Origin: Tubiluchus corallicola
Taxonomy: Eukaryota; Animalia; Priapulida
DNA: 10,792 nucleotides
NCBI GenBank assembly: GCA_030141605.1
Contig: JAQGDQ010002180.1
Location: 1 to 10,792 of the forward strand
Direction of reading: 5' to 3'
Below are positions 9,227 through 10,792 of the stretch, one piece after another. The stretch's first letter is position 1; the number at the start of each line of letters is the position of its first letter. A model generated the notes under the pieces. The model worked only from the letters and a program-made list of their open reading frames with translations, was not told where the DNA came from and did no database searches. Both the position numbers and the translations under genes were made by a program.

Positions 9227-9769
9227 CTCTCTATTAATTGGTTAAGTGTAATTAATGGTTTAAAACGCAAGATTTATTAACTCATCTCGGGACGACTGCA
9301 GTTGAATTCAACAAAATGACCATTGAAGTTGAAAAAGCTGCAATACGCAGCGTTAAACACGAAACGTTATTAAACAAAAGCCACTTTGTAATTGATTAAA
9401 CGGATTTTGAAAATCATTTCAGTCTAACATGGTGTTAGCAACGGTACATAACATTGTATACACGTCGTTTACACATCGTGTTGGCGTGAAAGCCGCCTTT
9501 TGCGCGTGTCTCTGATAGCAATCTCGAACCTCATTGAACGAAATTTTCATTTGCATGCGTCCGGCTCGTAATGGCACCGAAATGTACTTTGCATGTATGG
9601 CTTCGTGACTCGCGAGCCATGATTTTGTATGGAGTTACGTCACGCCCGGCTGAGCATTGCATAATATGCTTGCTCTCTACCTGAAGCCCAGGCACTCAAA
9701 CAGGTGAGATAAAAACTACATCAATAAACGTGATTATAGCCAACCATTATAGTTATAAAGCTTGCAGAC

Positions 9770-10664
9770 TGCAAATCTGGCTCTGTATACTACTACTTAA
9801 TGCACATAATAACCTTGAGACCTGTGCATAGTATAATATGGTGTGTTTTGTACTTGTGTGTGCAAATCTGGTTCTGTATACTACTACTTAATGCACATAA
9901 TAACCTTGAGACCTATGCATAGTATAATATGGTGTGTTTGGTACTTGTGTGTGCAAATCTGGTTCTGTATACTACTACTTAATGCACATAATAACCTTGA
10001 GACCTGTGCATAGTATAAACTTGTGTGTGCAAATCTGGTTCTGTATACTACTACTTAATGCACATAATAACCTTGAGACCTGTGCATAGTATAATATGGT
10101 GTGTTTGGTACTTGTGTGTGCAAATCTGGTTCTGTATACTACTACTTAATGCATATAATAACCTTGAGAGACCTGTGCATAGTATAACATGGTGTGTTTG
10201 GTACTTGTGAGTGCAAATCTGGTTCTGTATACTACTACTTAATGCACATAATAACCTTGAGACCTGTGCATAGTATAACATGGTGTGTTTGGTACTTGTG
10301 TGTGCAAATCTGGTTCTGTATACTACTACTTAATGCACATAATAACCTTGAGACCTGTGCATAGTATAATATGGTGGGTTTGGTACTTGTGTGTGCAAAT
10401 CTGGTTCTGTATACTACTACTTAATGCACATAATAACCTTGAGACCTATGCATAGTATAATATGGTGTGTTTGGTACTTGTGTGTGCAAATCTGGTTCTG
10501 TATACTACTACTTAATGCAAATAATAACCTTGAGACCTGTGCAGTATAACATGGTGTGTTTGGTACTTGTGTGTGCAAATCTGGTTCTATACTACTTAAT
10601 GCACATAATAACCTTGAGACCTGTGCATAGTATAATATGGTGGGTTTGGTACTTGTGTGTGCAA
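9770..10664. repeat. 91-bp minisatellite, 10 copies
   Basis: Consensus TGCAAATCTGGTTCTGTATACTACTACTTAATGCACATAATAACCTTGAGACCTGTGCATAGTATAATATGGTGTGTTTGGTACTTGTGTG. Units start at 9770, 9861, 9952, 10028, 10119, 10212, 10303, 10394, 10485 and 10574 (lengths 91, 91, 76, 91, 93, 91, 91, 91, 89, 86). The array closes with TGCAA at 10660-10664. Confidence 0.98.
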
Positions 10665-10792
10665 TAATCATCGATAAGCTTTGGGTGTAATGCTCTTAAT
10701 AGAAGAAATTGTAGCACTTTGGAGAACTAATATTTTCATTAAAACGCAACAGAAACAACTTGCGGAATGCTATGGCGGAAGCTCGTAATCAG

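Noticed and set aside
10025-10671. Cys/His-containing repeat ORFs as zinc fingers
   Set aside because: The 91-bp period is not a multiple of 3, frames shift each unit and there is no C2H2 spacing.
10670-10681. ATCGATAAGCTT, identical to the ClaI-HindIII part of a cloning polylinker
   Set aside because: Only 12 bp long and the flanks do not continue as vector sequence. Consistent with chance.

Overview
AT-rich, non-coding eukaryotic (probably animal/invertebrate) genomic DNA dominated by repeats. No protein-coding gene is recognisable, and the supplied ORFs look like artefacts of microsatellites, minisatellites or AT-rich sequence. The window contains a 29/59-62-bp minisatellite that flips orientation at a spacer-less palindrome (1-1418), a piggyBac-type MITE with TTAA target sites (4658-5113) and a pyrimidine-rich ~125-bp repeat (5722-6182). 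It also has a tRNA-derived SINE ending in a long (TTA)n tail (6785-7266), a hAT-type MITE with a perfect 8-bp target-site duplication (7606-8016), several (CT)n/(AAT)n microsatellites and a 10-copy 91-bp minisatellite (9770-10664). Two candidate + strand exons (3372-3433, 4069-4145) could splice into a 28-aa small ORF, which is speculative. I see no convincing evidence of a new biological system; the foldback satellite is the most unusual structure.
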